Assembly (NCBI GenBank): GCA_977020255.1
Contig: CDROCS010002834.1
Coordinates: 372,001-436,000, forward strand
DNA length: 64,000 nt
Direction: 5' to 3'
From: Obrimoposthia wandeli
Taxonomy: Eukaryota
In this document: positions 41,401 through 51,699 of the stretch, piece by piece
Position numbering within the stretch: position 1 is the stretch's first letter
Layout of the letters: each line of letters starts with the position of its first letter
The notes under the pieces: generated by a model
Told to the model about the DNA's origin: nothing
Seen by the model: only the letters and a program-made list of their open reading frames with translations
Databases searched by the model: none
Position numbers and translations under genes: made by a program

Positions 41401-41470
41401 ATGCTCGAACGCACATTATTAACTCAAAGATATGTTAATAATATTCGAGTGATGTAAGTTGATGCTCGAA
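41401..41470. promoter_or_regulatory. Putative GlpR operator half-sites upstream of glpF
   Basis: ATGCTCGAA occurs at 41401 and 41462 and fits the GlpR half-site WATKYTCGWW. Confidence 0.55.
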
Positions 41471-41523
41471 TAAAAAATATAATAATACCCCTACGACATA
41501 TCCATTATCAACAAGAGGACTGA

Positions 41524-42378
41524 ATGATGACTAACTCGAAACAATACACGCTACTTGGCGAGTGTATCGCTGAGTTTATCGGCACCGGATTACTGATTTT
41601 TTTTGGTGTGGGCTGTGTAGCTGCACTTGTACTGACTGGCGCTGAGTTTGGTCAGTGGGAAGTGAGTATTATGTGGGGCTTAGGTGTGGCGATTGCAATT
41701 TATTGTACCGCTGGTGTCTCTGGCGCACACATAAATCCAGCAGTGACGATTGCCTTAGCCTTATTCCACGGCTTTGATAAACGCAAAGTTGCCCCTTATA
41801 TTGTCGCGCAAATGCTAGGTGCATTTTGTTCAGCGGCATTAATTTACGCTCTATACGCCAACCTATTTACTGACTATGAAGCTGCTCAACAAATTGTACG
41901 AGGCTCTGAAGCCAGCCTTGCCACTGCAGGTATCTTCTCTACCTACCCTCACCCATCTCTTTCTTTTGGTGGTGCCTTTGCAGTTGAATTTGTTATTACA
42001 GCAGTACTAATGTTTGCAATTCTAGCGATTGGCGACGAAAAAAATGGTGCTCCACGTGGTGCTATGGGTCCTCTTTTAATCGGTATTTTAATTGCAGTTA
42101 TTGGTGGTTCTTTAGGTCCACTAACGGGTTTCGCAATGAATCCAGCACGTGATTTCGGTCCTAAATTCTTCGCTTTCTTAGCTGGATGGGGCGATATGGC
42201 TCTGACTGGTGGTAAAGATATTCCTTACATGATTGTGCCACTTTTAGCGCCTATCTGCGGTGCTGCATTTGGCGGATGGCTATACCCTAAAGCTATCGAA
42301 GCTTACCTACCAGGCAACAAGTGTACGATTCCAAACCAGTGCGAAGGTACTGACGAGCAAGATACAGCAAAAGCTTAA
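41524..42378 (+). CDS. glpF: Glycerol uptake facilitator
   Basis: SGAHINPAVT and AMNPARDFGP aquaglyceroporin NPA motifs. Confidence 0.98.
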   Translation: MMTNSKQYTLLGECIAEFIGTGLLIFFGVGCVAALVLTGAEFGQWEVSIMWGLGVAIAIYCTAGVSGAHINPAVTIALALFHGFDKRKVAPYIVAQMLGAFCSAALIYALYANLFTDYEAAQQIVRGSEASLATAGIFSTYPHPSLSFGGAFAVEFVITAVLMFAILAIGDEKNGAPRGAMGPLLIGILIAVIGGSLGPLTGFAMNPARDFGPKFFAFLAGWGDMALTGGKDIPYMIVPLLAPICGAAFGGWLYPKAIEAYLPGNKCTIPNQCEGTDEQDTAKA

Positions 42379-42419
42379 TTACTTCTCTACCCTATAATTA
42401 GAACTAAAGGACATTCATC

Positions 42420-43946
42420 ATGACTACTGAGCAAAAATATATTGTTGCACTTGATCAAGGTACAACCAGTTCTCGTGCCGTCATACTGGATCACGATGCG
42501 AATATCATTTGTTCGTCACAACGCGAGTTTACTCAAATTTACCCGAAAGCGGGCTGGGTAGAGCATGATCCACTAGAAATTTACGCAACTCAAAGTTCAA
42601 CCCTAGTAGAAGTATTGGCTAAAGCAGGCATCCGCTCTGATGAAATTGCGGGCATTGGTATTACCAACCAACGTGAAACCACCATTGTTTGGAATAAGAA
42701 CACTGGTAAGCCTGTTTATAATGCGATTGTTTGGCAGTGTCGTCGTACCGCTAGCATTTGTGAAGAATTAAAAGCACAAGGCTTAGAAGAATACATCCGT
42801 GAAAACACCGGTCTTGTGGTTGACCCATATTTCTCAGGTACCAAGGTTAAGTGGATTCTCGACAATGTTGAAGGTGCTCGTGAAGAAGCTGAAGCTGGCA
42901 ACCTATTATTCGGTACTGTTGATACGTGGCTAATCTGGAAAATGACTCAGGGACGTACATTCGTTACTGATTACACTAACGCATCACGTACCATGCTGTT
43001 TAATATCAACACACTTCAGTGGGACGAGAAGTTACTTAAAGCACTGGATATTCCACTATCTATGATGGCAGAAGTAAAAGCGTCATCAGAAGTTTACGGC
43101 AAAACCAACATTGGTGGTAAAGGCGGCACACGTATCCCTATTTGTGGTATTGCTGGTGATCAGCAGGCTGCACTCTTCGGCCAGATGTGTGTGGAAGCTG
43201 GTCAAGCTAAGAACACCTATGGTACAGGCTGTTTCTTACTGATGAACACAGGTAAAGAAAAAGTCACCTCTCAAAATGGGCTTTTAACAACACTTGCTTG
43301 TGGTCCTAAAGGTGAAGTTGCTTATGCACTGGAAGGGGCGGTCTTCATGGGTGGTGCATCTATTCAGTGGCTTCGTGATGAAGTGAAATTATTGGGTGAT
43401 GCAAAAGATTCAGAATACTTTGCAGAGAAAGTGGGCAGCTCAAATGGCGTCTACGTTGTGCCTGCCTTTACTGGCCTTGGTGCCCCATATTGGGACCCGT
43501 ATGCGCGTGGTGCCATCGTTGGTTTAACCCGTGGTGTTAATTCTAACCACATCATCCGTGCAACACTTGAAAGTGTGGCTTACCAAACCCGTGATGTTCT
43601 TGATGCAATGCAAGCAGATTCTGGGATCAAGCTTGCGACATTGCGCGTTGATGGTGGTGCAGTCGCCAATAACTTCTTAATGCAATTCCAATCAGATGTA
43701 TTGGATACGCAAGTATTCCGTCCTGTCGTAACAGAAGTAACAGCATTGGGTGCAGCTTACCTTGCCGGTTTAGCTATCGGGTTCTGGGACAGCATTGATG
43801 AACTTCAAGATAAAGCGAAGCTTGATCGTCAATTCATCCCTTGCGCGAATGATAAGAAGCGTGACCGTCGCTACCGCGGCTGGCAGCGTGCCGTAGAGTG
43901 TGCGAAGGGCTGGGCTATCGATGAAGAAGACGAAGACGACGAATAA
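42420..43946 (+). CDS. glpK: Glycerol kinase
   Basis: [34 protein letters not shown]. Confidence 0.99.
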   Translation: MTTEQKYIVALDQGTTSSRAVILDHDANIICSSQREFTQIYPKAGWVEHDPLEIYATQSSTLVEVLAKAGIRSDEIAGIGITNQRETTIVWNKNTGKPVYNAIVWQCRRTASICEELKAQGLEEYIRENTGLVVDPYFSGTKVKWILDNVEGAREEAEAGNLLFGTVDTWLIWKMTQGRTFVTDYTNASRTMLFNINTLQWDEKLLKALDIPLSMMAEVKASSEVYGKTNIGGKGGTRIPICGIAGDQQAALFGQMCVEAGQAKNTYGTGCFLLMNTGKEKVTSQNGLLTTLACGPKGEVAYALEGAVFMGGASIQWLRDEVKLLGDAKDSEYFAEKVGSSNGVYVVPAFTGLGAPYWDPYARGAIVGLTRGVNSNHIIRATLESVAYQTRDVLDAMQADSGIKLATLRVDGGAVANNFLMQFQSDVLDTQVFRPVVTEVTALGAAYLAGLAIGFWDSIDELQDKAKLDRQFIPCANDKKRDRRYRGWQRAVECAKGWAIDEEDEDDE

Positions 43947-43980
43947 TCACGCTGATTAATCTTTAAAAGTCTCGTTAATA

Positions 43981-44008
43981 AGGGTCCGCAAATTGCGGAC
44001 CTTTTTAT
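43981..44008 (+). terminator. glpFK terminator
   Basis: AGGGTCCGC-AAATT-GCGGACCTTTTT. Confidence 0.8.
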
Positions 44009-44195
44009 TGCCTAATTGTTAACATCCTCTTTTTGTCCTTCACATCAATATTCTTTAATCTTGCCTTTTTAGCTAAAAATACGATGGTTTTGCTGATTTT
44101 AAATAAACGCAAACGTTTCACTGCGAGCTATGATAAAATCCGCGCCAGTTAAACACCCATACATTAACTCACTGATTTCTATTTCTGGAGTAACC

Positions 44196-45203
44196 ATGAA
44201 ACGCGATTTAGCAATGGCATTTTCTCGTGTAACTGAAGGCGCAGCACTTGCTGGCTACAAATGGCTTGGCCGTGGTGACAAAATTGCAGCCGATAATGCC
44301 GCTGTAGAGGTAATGCGTACCCTTCTTAATCAAACTGAAATTGAAGGTGAAATTGTTATTGGTGAAGGCGAGATCGATGAAGCGCCTATGCTTTTCATCG
44401 GTGAAAAAGTCGGTCTAGGTGGCGATGCTGTTGATATTGCCGTTGACCCAATTGAAGGAACTCGCATGACAGCAATGGGACAAAATAATGCCCTTGCTGT
44501 TCTGGCTGCTGGTGAAAAAGGGACGTTCCTGAAAGCCCCAGATATGTACATGGAAAAATTGGTTGTTGGCCCGGAAGCGAAAGGTTGCATCAACCTAGAT
44601 CTACCACTCGCAACAAACCTTGAAAACATCGCAAAAGCACTTGGTAAAACACTGGATAGCCTAGTGGTTACAACATTGGCAAAACCGCGCCATGATGGTG
44701 TTATTGCAGAAATGCAAACTATGGGCGTACGTGTCTTTGCATTCCCTGACGGCGATGTGGCGGCATCCATCTTAACCTGTATGCCAGACAGTGAAGTCGA
44801 TGTAATGTATTGCATCGGTGGCGCACCAGAAGGTGTTGTATCTGCAGCTGCAATTCGTGCTCTTGGCGGTGACATGCACGCCCGCCTTCTACCTCGCCAT
44901 GAAGTAAAAGAAGATAACGAAGCTAACCGTCGCCTCGGTCAAATCGAAATTGATCGCTGTAAAGAAATGGGTATTGAAACTAACGTATTACTACGCATGG
45001 AAGACATGGCGAAAAGCGACAACGTTATTTTTGCTGGTACAGGTATCACGAAAGGTGACCTACTTGAAGGCATTACCCGTAAAGGTAATATCGCGACCAC
45101 TGAAACACTATTGATTCGTGGTAAGTGCCGCACCATTCGTCGTATTAAGTCAACGCACTACCTTGACCGTAAAGACGATTCAATCAAAACCCATATCATT
45201 TAA
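44196..45203 (+). CDS. glpX: Class II fructose-1,6-bisphosphatase
   Basis: MKRDLAMAFSRVTE, IGEGEIDEAPML, DPIEGT; start behind GGAG. Confidence 0.97.
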   Translation: MKRDLAMAFSRVTEGAALAGYKWLGRGDKIAADNAAVEVMRTLLNQTEIEGEIVIGEGEIDEAPMLFIGEKVGLGGDAVDIAVDPIEGTRMTAMGQNNALAVLAAGEKGTFLKAPDMYMEKLVVGPEAKGCINLDLPLATNLENIAKALGKTLDSLVVTTLAKPRHDGVIAEMQTMGVRVFAFPDGDVAASILTCMPDSEVDVMYCIGGAPEGVVSAAAIRALGGDMHARLLPRHEVKEDNEANRRLGQIEIDRCKEMGIETNVLLRMEDMAKSDNVIFAGTGITKGDLLEGITRKGNIATTETLLIRGKCRTIRRIKSTHYLDRKDDSIKTHII

Positions 45204-45231
45204 ATTCGAACTCCGCTTAATAGATTCCAAT

Positions 45232-45262
45232 AAAAAGACGTACTTCTGTACGTCTTTTTTTA
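45232..45262 (+). terminator. glpX terminator
   Basis: AAAAAGACGTAC-TTCT-GTACGTCTTTTTT. Confidence 0.88.
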
Positions 45263-45418
45263 CTCCATCGAACATGCCTACCCCTTTATTTTCCCTATAA
45301 AATATTGCTATCTATCAGCAATTAATACCGAATTGTTCTATCCTTACTATGTAAAGTCGTTGCTTTATATACTTAGCTAGTTACATAATAGTCATGACTA
45401 AGGAAGAAGCAGGCAGCT

Positions 45419-46039
45419 ATGAAAACCATCGATAAAATTCTTTACCACATAAAGCGCGGAGGCCCTGTGACAGCAAAAGTATTGTCACAAGAATTTAGCC
45501 TCACCACCATGGGGGTACGTCAACACCTGCAAGGGCTTGAAGATGAAGGGTTAGTGGATTTTCATGATGTAAAAGTCAAAGTAGGCAGACCAACACGTCA
45601 TTGGAGCTTAACGCCTCAGGGACATAGTCGCTTTACCGATCGTCATGGCGATCTCATTATTCAAATGCTTGATTCTGTCGAAGACATTTTTGGCAGCGTT
45701 GGTTTAAATCAAATCATCGAACGACGAGAGAATCAAACCTTTGAACAATACCAATATGCGATGGCAAATAGCTCAACTTTAAAAGAAAAATTGGAAATAC
45801 TGACTACACTGAGGGAACAAGAAGGCTACATGGCTGAGTTGCAGCAAGATGGTGATACATTCATATTATTAGAAAATCACTGTCCAATTTGTCACGCTGC
45901 AAAACGTTGTCCTTCCTTATGTAAGTCTGAACTTTCTGTGTTCAGGCGTCTATTAGGGAACAATTGCTCCATAGAAAGACACGAACACATTATTGCCGGA
46001 GAGAGGCGTTGCGCTTATCGAATACATAATTCTGAATAA
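45419..46039 (+). CDS. SufR-like winged-HTH transcriptional regulator with C-terminal Cys cluster
   Basis: HTH (LTTMGVRQHLQGLE, VGRP); C-terminal C-x12-C-x14-C-x14-C with Glu after the second Cys. Confidence 0.8.
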   Translation: MKTIDKILYHIKRGGPVTAKVLSQEFSLTTMGVRQHLQGLEDEGLVDFHDVKVKVGRPTRHWSLTPQGHSRFTDRHGDLIIQMLDSVEDIFGSVGLNQIIERRENQTFEQYQYAMANSSTLKEKLEILTTLREQEGYMAELQQDGDTFILLENHCPICHAAKRCPSLCKSELSVFRRLLGNNCSIERHEHIIAGERRCAYRIHNSE

Positions 46040-46056
46040 AGAATTGGGAGAAAATT

Positions 46057-46815
46057 ATGGCTGACTGGATTCCTGCGGAAGTTGTTACTAATCGTCACTG
46101 GAACAATGACCTTTTTAGTTTAACTTTGCGCGCTAATATTGAACCATTTAAAGCTGGACAATTTACCAAACTCGGTTTAGAAATTGACGGAAAAATGATC
46201 CAGCGAGCCTACTCCTTCGTTAACCCTCCCAGTGAAACCCTTGTTGAAGTATATGCCACCCGGGTGGCTGATGGCTTGCTTTCGCCTCGCCTTCACGCCC
46301 TACAAGCAGGCGATACGGTATTTGTATCTGCGCGCGCAAATGGCTATTTCACACTAAATGAAGTACCCGAAAGTGAGCACTTGTGGATGCTTGCCACAGG
46401 GACGGCAATTGGTCCTTATCTTTCTATCTTATTAAATTCAGATACCAGCGCAAATAGCGTTTGGAAACGCTACCGTAAAGTCGTGCTCATCCATGCTGTG
46501 CGCTTTGCGTCTGATCTTAGCTATCAAGCTGAAATCAACACACTAAAAGAAAGGCACCCAGATCAGTTCATCGTCCAACCTTTTGTCAGTCGAGAACCCG
46601 CAATGCTCAGTTTGCCGGGGCGCATACCTCAAGCCATTGCAGATGGGATGTTAGAGCGCCATGTCGGCCTACCTCTTAACCCGACCACCAGCCAAATCAT
46701 GTTGTGTGGCAATCCTGAAATGGTCAAAGAGACGAAAGCAGCCCTTGAAGCTAAAGGATTTGAGAAAAACCTACGTCGTAAACCAGGACAAATCACCACG
46801 GAGCATTATTGGTAA
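46057..46815 (+). CDS. fpr: Ferredoxin (flavodoxin)-NADP+ reductase
   Basis: MADW, GQFTKLG, QRAYS, ATGTAIGPY, MLCGNPEM, EHYW. Confidence 0.96.
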   Translation: MADWIPAEVVTNRHWNNDLFSLTLRANIEPFKAGQFTKLGLEIDGKMIQRAYSFVNPPSETLVEVYATRVADGLLSPRLHALQAGDTVFVSARANGYFTLNEVPESEHLWMLATGTAIGPYLSILLNSDTSANSVWKRYRKVVLIHAVRFASDLSYQAEINTLKERHPDQFIVQPFVSREPAMLSLPGRIPQAIADGMLERHVGLPLNPTTSQIMLCGNPEMVKETKAALEAKGFEKNLRRKPGQITTEHYW

Positions 46816-46950
46816 TATTGCCAGTAATAGCGACTAGATGATAAATCGTTTTTATCTCGCGACTGTCTCACCGATTATCTCAAAAAAAGTCAGCCTATAA
46901 TTTGCTAGGCTGGCTATGCTTATCTGATGACACGGATAGAGAGCATTGCA

Positions 46951-47277
46951 ATGCAAACATTACCATCTTTTGACGAGTTAAAATCCATGGCAGAGAACGC
47001 ACCGCATGAACTTGAAGCCTTGCGACAAAGCATGAGTGAAGAGATTATCGAGCACTCTAGCCAAACAATGCAGCCTCGCTTACGCGCGCAAATGAGCCAC
47101 ATTAATCAGGTTATCGCACGAGGTAAAAACCCTAACCACATCAATATTCTTTTAATGGCCGAGTTACAACAACAACTCAAGCGCTTTGCCCTCGCGTTAA
47201 ATGATCCACAAGCTTTAACTGAACATACTGCAGAAGTGAAAGCCTTTACACGTCCAGCCCATCAACCCGATAGTTAA
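46951..47277 (+). CDS. DUF3135-like protein
   Basis: LPSFDEL..MAE..P.ELE.LR pattern; Vibrionaceae neighbour of CHMI/tpiA. Confidence 0.75.
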   Translation: MQTLPSFDELKSMAENAPHELEALRQSMSEEIIEHSSQTMQPRLRAQMSHINQVIARGKNPNHINILLMAELQQQLKRFALALNDPQALTEHTAEVKAFTRPAHQPDS

Positions 47278-47621
47278 AAACTAACCTTTAGAAAACTATC
47301 GACATCCATATCACGCACATCAACGGTTAAGCTATTAATGGCATTGGCATGTGACTCTAATACACTTAATAGGCTTCGCGATAATTCGCGTTTTTTCTCA
47401 GGGGTTCGCCCTGACAGTAAACTCAGATTGAGATGAATAAACGTTTTACGATCACCGTCTTCGCCAACGAACCAATTATGGCAAGGGTAAGAACGGGATT
47501 TAACCGATTCGGACTCAAACAAACCACTATTTAATAAGGCTTGATGTAGATCTTCCAGTAAGTCTCTAATATTCACACGCTCTGCTACTGGGTCTGAATA
47601 CTCCATGACCAAATTAGGCAT
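47274..47621 (-). CDS. 5-carboxymethyl-2-hydroxymuconate isomerase family (tautomerase)
   Basis: N-terminal Pro (MPNLVMEYS), FIHLNLSLLSGRT. Confidence 0.85.
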   Translation of the reverse strand: MPNLVMEYSDPVAERVNIRDLLEDLHQALLNSGLFESESVKSRSYPCHNWFVGEDGDRKTFIHLNLSLLSGRTPEKKRELSRSLLSVLESHANAINSLTVDVRDMDVDSFLKVSF

Positions 47622-47971
47622 AACGACTCCTCCATGATATGACCTTTAATTTTCAGCTCATAATTTACCCGATCTCATAGCAAGAGGCTAAACTATTGGC
47701 TGAAAATTCAACCAAAGATCACTCTCTTTTTAAGTAGCTATCACTCCAAAACACACGAATGCTCATTTCATCCATTCATTAACAATTACGAACCGATCAC
47801 AAATCGATTTGGATTTATTCGAAAATAATTCCGTTTTAGAGTTCACTTTTCCCCCTGAAAAAGGTACAACGAGCTCATTAATGATTTTAGACAGTAAAAA
47901 TATCACCTTACACTGTTATATTTTTACTCAATTACTTTAGTTAATTTACATCAATGATTTGGAGAAAAACT

Positions 47972-48742
47972 ATGCGTCATCCTGTAGTTATGGGTAACTG
48001 GAAACTAAACGGCAGCAAAGAAATGGTTGTTAATCTACTAAACGGTCTTAACGCTGAACTTGAAGGCGTAACAGGCGTTGACGTAGCAGTTGCTCCACCA
48101 GCACTTTTCATCGATCTTGCTGAGCATACGCTTACTGAAGCGGGCAGCGCAATCATCCTAGGTGCTCAAAACTCTGACCTAAATAACAGCGGTGCATTCA
48201 CTGGCGACATGTCTCCTGCAATGCTTAAAGAGTTCGGCGCATCTCACATCATCATCGGTCACTCTGAGCGTCGTGAATACCACAACGAATCAGACGAATT
48301 TGTTGCTAAGAAATTCGCATTCCTAAAAGAGAACGGCCTAACACCTGTTCTTTGTATCGGTGAATCTGACGCTCAAAACGAAGCTGGCGAAACAATGACA
48401 GTTTGTGCTCGTCAACTTGACGCAGTTATCAACACTCAAGGTGTTGAAGCTCTTGAAGGCGCTATCATCGCTTACGAACCAATCTGGGCTATCGGTACTG
48501 GTAAAGCAGCTACAGCTGAAGATGCACAACGCATCCACGCTCAAATCCGTGCTCACATTGCAGAGAAATCTGAAGAAGTTGCTAAGAACGTTGTTATTCA
48601 ATACGGCGGTTCTGTTAAGCCAGAAAACGCAGCAGCATACTTCGCACAACCAGACATCGATGGTGCTCTAGTTGGCGGTGCAGCACTTGACGCGAAAAGC
48701 TTTGCAGCTATCGCTAAAGCAGCAGCTGAAGCAAAAGCGTAA
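47972..48742 (+). CDS. tpiA: Triosephosphate isomerase
   Basis: [31 protein letters not shown]. Confidence 0.99.
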   Translation: MRHPVVMGNWKLNGSKEMVVNLLNGLNAELEGVTGVDVAVAPPALFIDLAEHTLTEAGSAIILGAQNSDLNNSGAFTGDMSPAMLKEFGASHIIIGHSERREYHNESDEFVAKKFAFLKENGLTPVLCIGESDAQNEAGETMTVCARQLDAVINTQGVEALEGAIIAYEPIWAIGTGKAATAEDAQRIHAQIRAHIAEKSEEVAKNVVIQYGGSVKPENAAAYFAQPDIDGALVGGAALDAKSFAAIAKAAAEAKA

Positions 48743-48766
48743 TTTCTATTTTTAGAATAACGTGAG

Positions 48767-48794
48767 AAAAGGTCAACTTCGGTTGGCCTTTTTT
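48767..48794 (+). terminator. tpiA terminator
   Basis: AAAAGGTCAAC-TTCG-GTTGGCCTTTTTT. Confidence 0.9.
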
Positions 48795-48872
48795 ATTTCT
48801 ACATCGACATTAACGCCCAACTTTCCAGCCATGCCACTCAGTACTTTCACTCTATCCTCAAATAACAGATAT

Positions 48873-48900
48873 AAAAAAACCGACACGATGGTCGGCTTTT
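48873..48900 (-). terminator. pfkA terminator
   Basis: AAAAAAACCGAC-ACGATG-GTCGG. Confidence 0.75.
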
Positions 48901-48942
48901 ATTACAACAACATAATTACGGTTTAAAACAGTACATGCCTGT

Positions 48943-49905
48943 TTAGAACAATTTGTCTGCTAGATCGTAAAGATCTTTACGAACAGGACGCTTCATGTTC
49001 TCAATGGCATCGATAATATCGTGGTGAACCATCTTTTCATTCTGAACACCAACACAACGACCGCCTTCACCCTGTATAAGCAGCTCAACCGCGTAAGCAC
49101 CCATACGTGATGCAAGAATACGGTCAAATGCCGTAGGCTGACCGCCACGCTGAATATGACCCAACACAGTCGCGCGTGTTTCACGACCTGTTTCATCTTC
49201 GATGTATTTGGCTAATTCATTAGCATCTGTCATCAGCTCTGTAAGCGCCACAATCGCGTGCTTTTTGCCTTTGTAGATACCTTCTTTAATTTTAGCGATC
49301 AGCTCTTCTTTGTGAAGACCTGTTTCAGGCGTAATGATGTATTCACAGCCACCTGCAATTGCTGACATTAAAGTAAGATCACCACAATGGCGGCCCATCA
49401 CTTCAACGATAGAAATACGCTGGTGAGAAGAAGACGTATCACGAAGACGGTCAATCGCATCAATAACCGTATTTAAAGCAGTAAGGTAACCAATCGTGTA
49501 ATCAGTACCTGCTACATCGTTATCAATCGTGCCTGGAATACCGATACATGGGTAGCCCATCTCAGTTAGCTTCTTAGCACCCATGTATGAACCATCACCA
49601 CCGATAACAACAAGTGCATCGATGCCGTGCATCTTCAAGTTCTGAATCGCCTGAGCACGAACTTTTTCGTCTTTGAACTCAGGGAAACGTGCAGAACCAA
49701 GGAACGTACCGCCCCTGTTAATCACGTCTGATACACTTGTGCGACTTAGCTTTTCGATACGGTTCTGATGCAGACCTTGGTAGCCGTCATATATACCGTA
49801 CACTTCTAGACCGTCTGATAACGCAGCACGTACAACACCGCGAACCGCTGCATTCATACCAGGTGCGTCACCACCACTGGTCAAAACACCAATCTTCTTA
49901 ATCAT
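48943..49905 (-). CDS. pfkA: 6-phosphofructokinase I
   Basis: [37 protein letters not shown]. Confidence 0.99.
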   Translation of the reverse strand: MIKKIGVLTSGGDAPGMNAAVRGVVRAALSDGLEVYGIYDGYQGLHQNRIEKLSRTSVSDVINRGGTFLGSARFPEFKDEKVRAQAIQNLKMHGIDALVVIGGDGSYMGAKKLTEMGYPCIGIPGTIDNDVAGTDYTIGYLTALNTVIDAIDRLRDTSSSHQRISIVEVMGRHCGDLTLMSAIAGGCEYIITPETGLHKEELIAKIKEGIYKGKKHAIVALTELMTDANELAKYIEDETGRETRATVLGHIQRGGQPTAFDRILASRMGAYAVELLIQGEGGRCVGVQNEKMVHHDIIDAIENMKRPVRKDLYDLADKLF

Positions 49906-50240
49906 GGTTACCCTCTGACTTTGGGAATTGAAAATTCAAATCCGGAACGAGTTACCGAGGTTCCCCCTCTCGGCACCATAAGCGGAACTGTCCGACTTAT
50001 GCTCGTATAAACTGTAACTTTCCTACTTATGTAGGAGTATTACAATTTTGATAAATTTTTTTGTTGATTCATATCACGATCACTTCTGACTCATGCGAGC
50101 AGGTGTCGTTAATTCAACATCTAATACCCCGCAGTATAGCTGTTTTGTGACGCAAATTAATAACAAAAAAGACAGGTCGTGACAATTTACTCTAACAAAA
50201 CTGCATAATTAGCCAGAATAAATCCCAAATTTCAGGTAAC

Positions 50241-50267
50241 AAAAAGCCGCAAACTAGGTTGCGGCTT
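50241..50267 (-). terminator. cpxP terminator
   Basis: AAAAAGCCGCAA-ACTAGG-TTGCGGCTT. Confidence 0.85.
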
Positions 50268-50289
50268 CGATGAATAACAGGGGGAACAT

Positions 50290-50787
50290 TTATTTTTGGC
50301 GTTCAGCCATACGTGCTTGGCATTTCTCAGCACGCTCAGCCTGAAGAGTTTGGTATTGCGTCTTCTGCTCTGGTGTTAAAATATTCAGCATTTCATGACG
50401 CTTTTCAAGCATTACCACACGTCTTTCAACTTGAGCCGTTGACATCTGCTGGGCTAAATCACGCACGGCATTTTCATCGAAATCGCTAGCAAGTACTAAT
50501 TCTTGCATTTTATCGTGGTTCGCTTTCATCTCTGTGTGCTTTTCAAAGCGCTTACTTTTCATTTCGTCACGATTCACTTCACGCATTGATTTCATTTGTT
50601 CTTTTTGCGCATCAGTCAGATCTAATTGACTAAACACTTTACGACCATCTTGCATACCACAACCACCCTTTCCACCGTAATGATTGCCACCGTGATGATT
50701 GCTGCCGCCGAATGCAAGTGCCGACGCAGAGCCAAGAGCCATAGGAAGTGCAATTGCGATTACTAATGCTTTCTTAAATGAGGTCAT
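50290..50787 (-). CDS. cpxP: Periplasmic CpxP/Spy-family protein
   Basis: Signal peptide, LDLTDAQK and LTPEQK (LTxxQ) motifs; divergent from cpxR. Confidence 0.92.
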   Translation of the reverse strand: MTSFKKALVIAIALPMALGSASALAFGGSNHHGGNHYGGKGGCGMQDGRKVFSQLDLTDAQKEQMKSMREVNRDEMKSKRFEKHTEMKANHDKMQELVLASDFDENAVRDLAQQMSTAQVERRVVMLEKRHEMLNILTPEQKTQYQTLQAERAEKCQARMAERQK

Positions 50788-50842
50788 GTTGTTTCTCCAA
50801 GTATCCGTTGTTGGTGTATGGAGTAATCTTACCCTGCACAAG

Positions 50843-50878
50843 GTAAAGCGCTGTCGATTAAACGTAAAGCTGCGTAAA
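50843..50878. promoter_or_regulatory. CpxR boxes
   Basis: GTAAA-GCTGC-GTAAA (50864-78, perfect) and GTAAA-N5-GTCGA (50843-57). Confidence 0.88.
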
Positions 50879-51003
50879 GCATACACATATAAACTTGGCT
50901 CTATGAGATAGATTAGAGATACTTATCTATATCGAATTCACCTTATGCAGCTATGATGCGCTTATCGCCGTCATTATAACGGCATCTATTTAAGGCTTTA
51001 ATT

Positions 51004-51699
51004 ATGGCAAAGATTCTTTTAGTTGATGACGACATCGAACTGACTTCTTTATTAACCGATATCTTAGAGATGGAAGGCTTTGATATTGTCGAGGCAAACA
51101 ATGGCATTGAAGGCTTAGCAAAAATAGATACCAGTATCGACTTGGTTTTACTTGATGTCATGATGCCAAAAATGAACGGCACTCAAATGTTACGAAAACT
51201 AAGAGAGAGCTTTGCCACGCCAGTATTAATGCTAACGGCAAAAGGTGAAGAAATTGACCGAGTACTCGGGTTAGAGCTGGGTGCCGATGATTACTTACCC
51301 AAACCTTTTAGTGATCGAGAACTACTCGCTCGCATACGGGCTATTTTACGCCGAACTCAACTCACAGAGAATAACCTGCGCAGTAACGAGCCGGAATGCC
51401 TGTCTTATCAAGACATCGATATTTACCCAGGCCGCCAAGAAGTATTTTGCCTTGGTGAGTCTATTGAGATGACAGGTACTGAGCTCGCATTATTAAGTTA
51501 CCTGATTCAACATCCGGGTAAAATTATTGCGAAAAATGAACTCAGTATGGAAGTGTTAGGTAAACGTCTGGCTCAATTTGATCGCGCTATTGATATGCAC
51601 GTATCTAATTTACGAAAGAAACTACCAGAACGCGTAGACGGTAAGCCACGCATCAAAACCCTACGCGGCAAAGGCTACTTATTGGTTGAGGAACTATAA
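51004..51699 (+). CDS. cpxR: Response regulator CpxR
   Basis: OmpR family, LLDVMMP, RAIDMHVSNLRKKL, IKTLRGKGY. Confidence 0.96.
   Translation: MAKILLVDDDIELTSLLTDILEMEGFDIVEANNGIEGLAKIDTSIDLVLLDVMMPKMNGTQMLRKLRESFATPVLMLTAKGEEIDRVLGLELGADDYLPKPFSDRELLARIRAILRRTQLTENNLRSNEPECLSYQDIDIYPGRQEVFCLGESIEMTGTELALLSYLIQHPGKIIAKNELSMEVLGKRLAQFDRAIDMHVSNLRKKLPERVDGKPRIKTLRGKGYLLVEEL

Noticed and set aside
41146-41457. 103-aa ORF in the zapB-glpF gap
   Set aside because: No SD or recognisable domain, and it runs through a strong terminator and the glpF promoter region.
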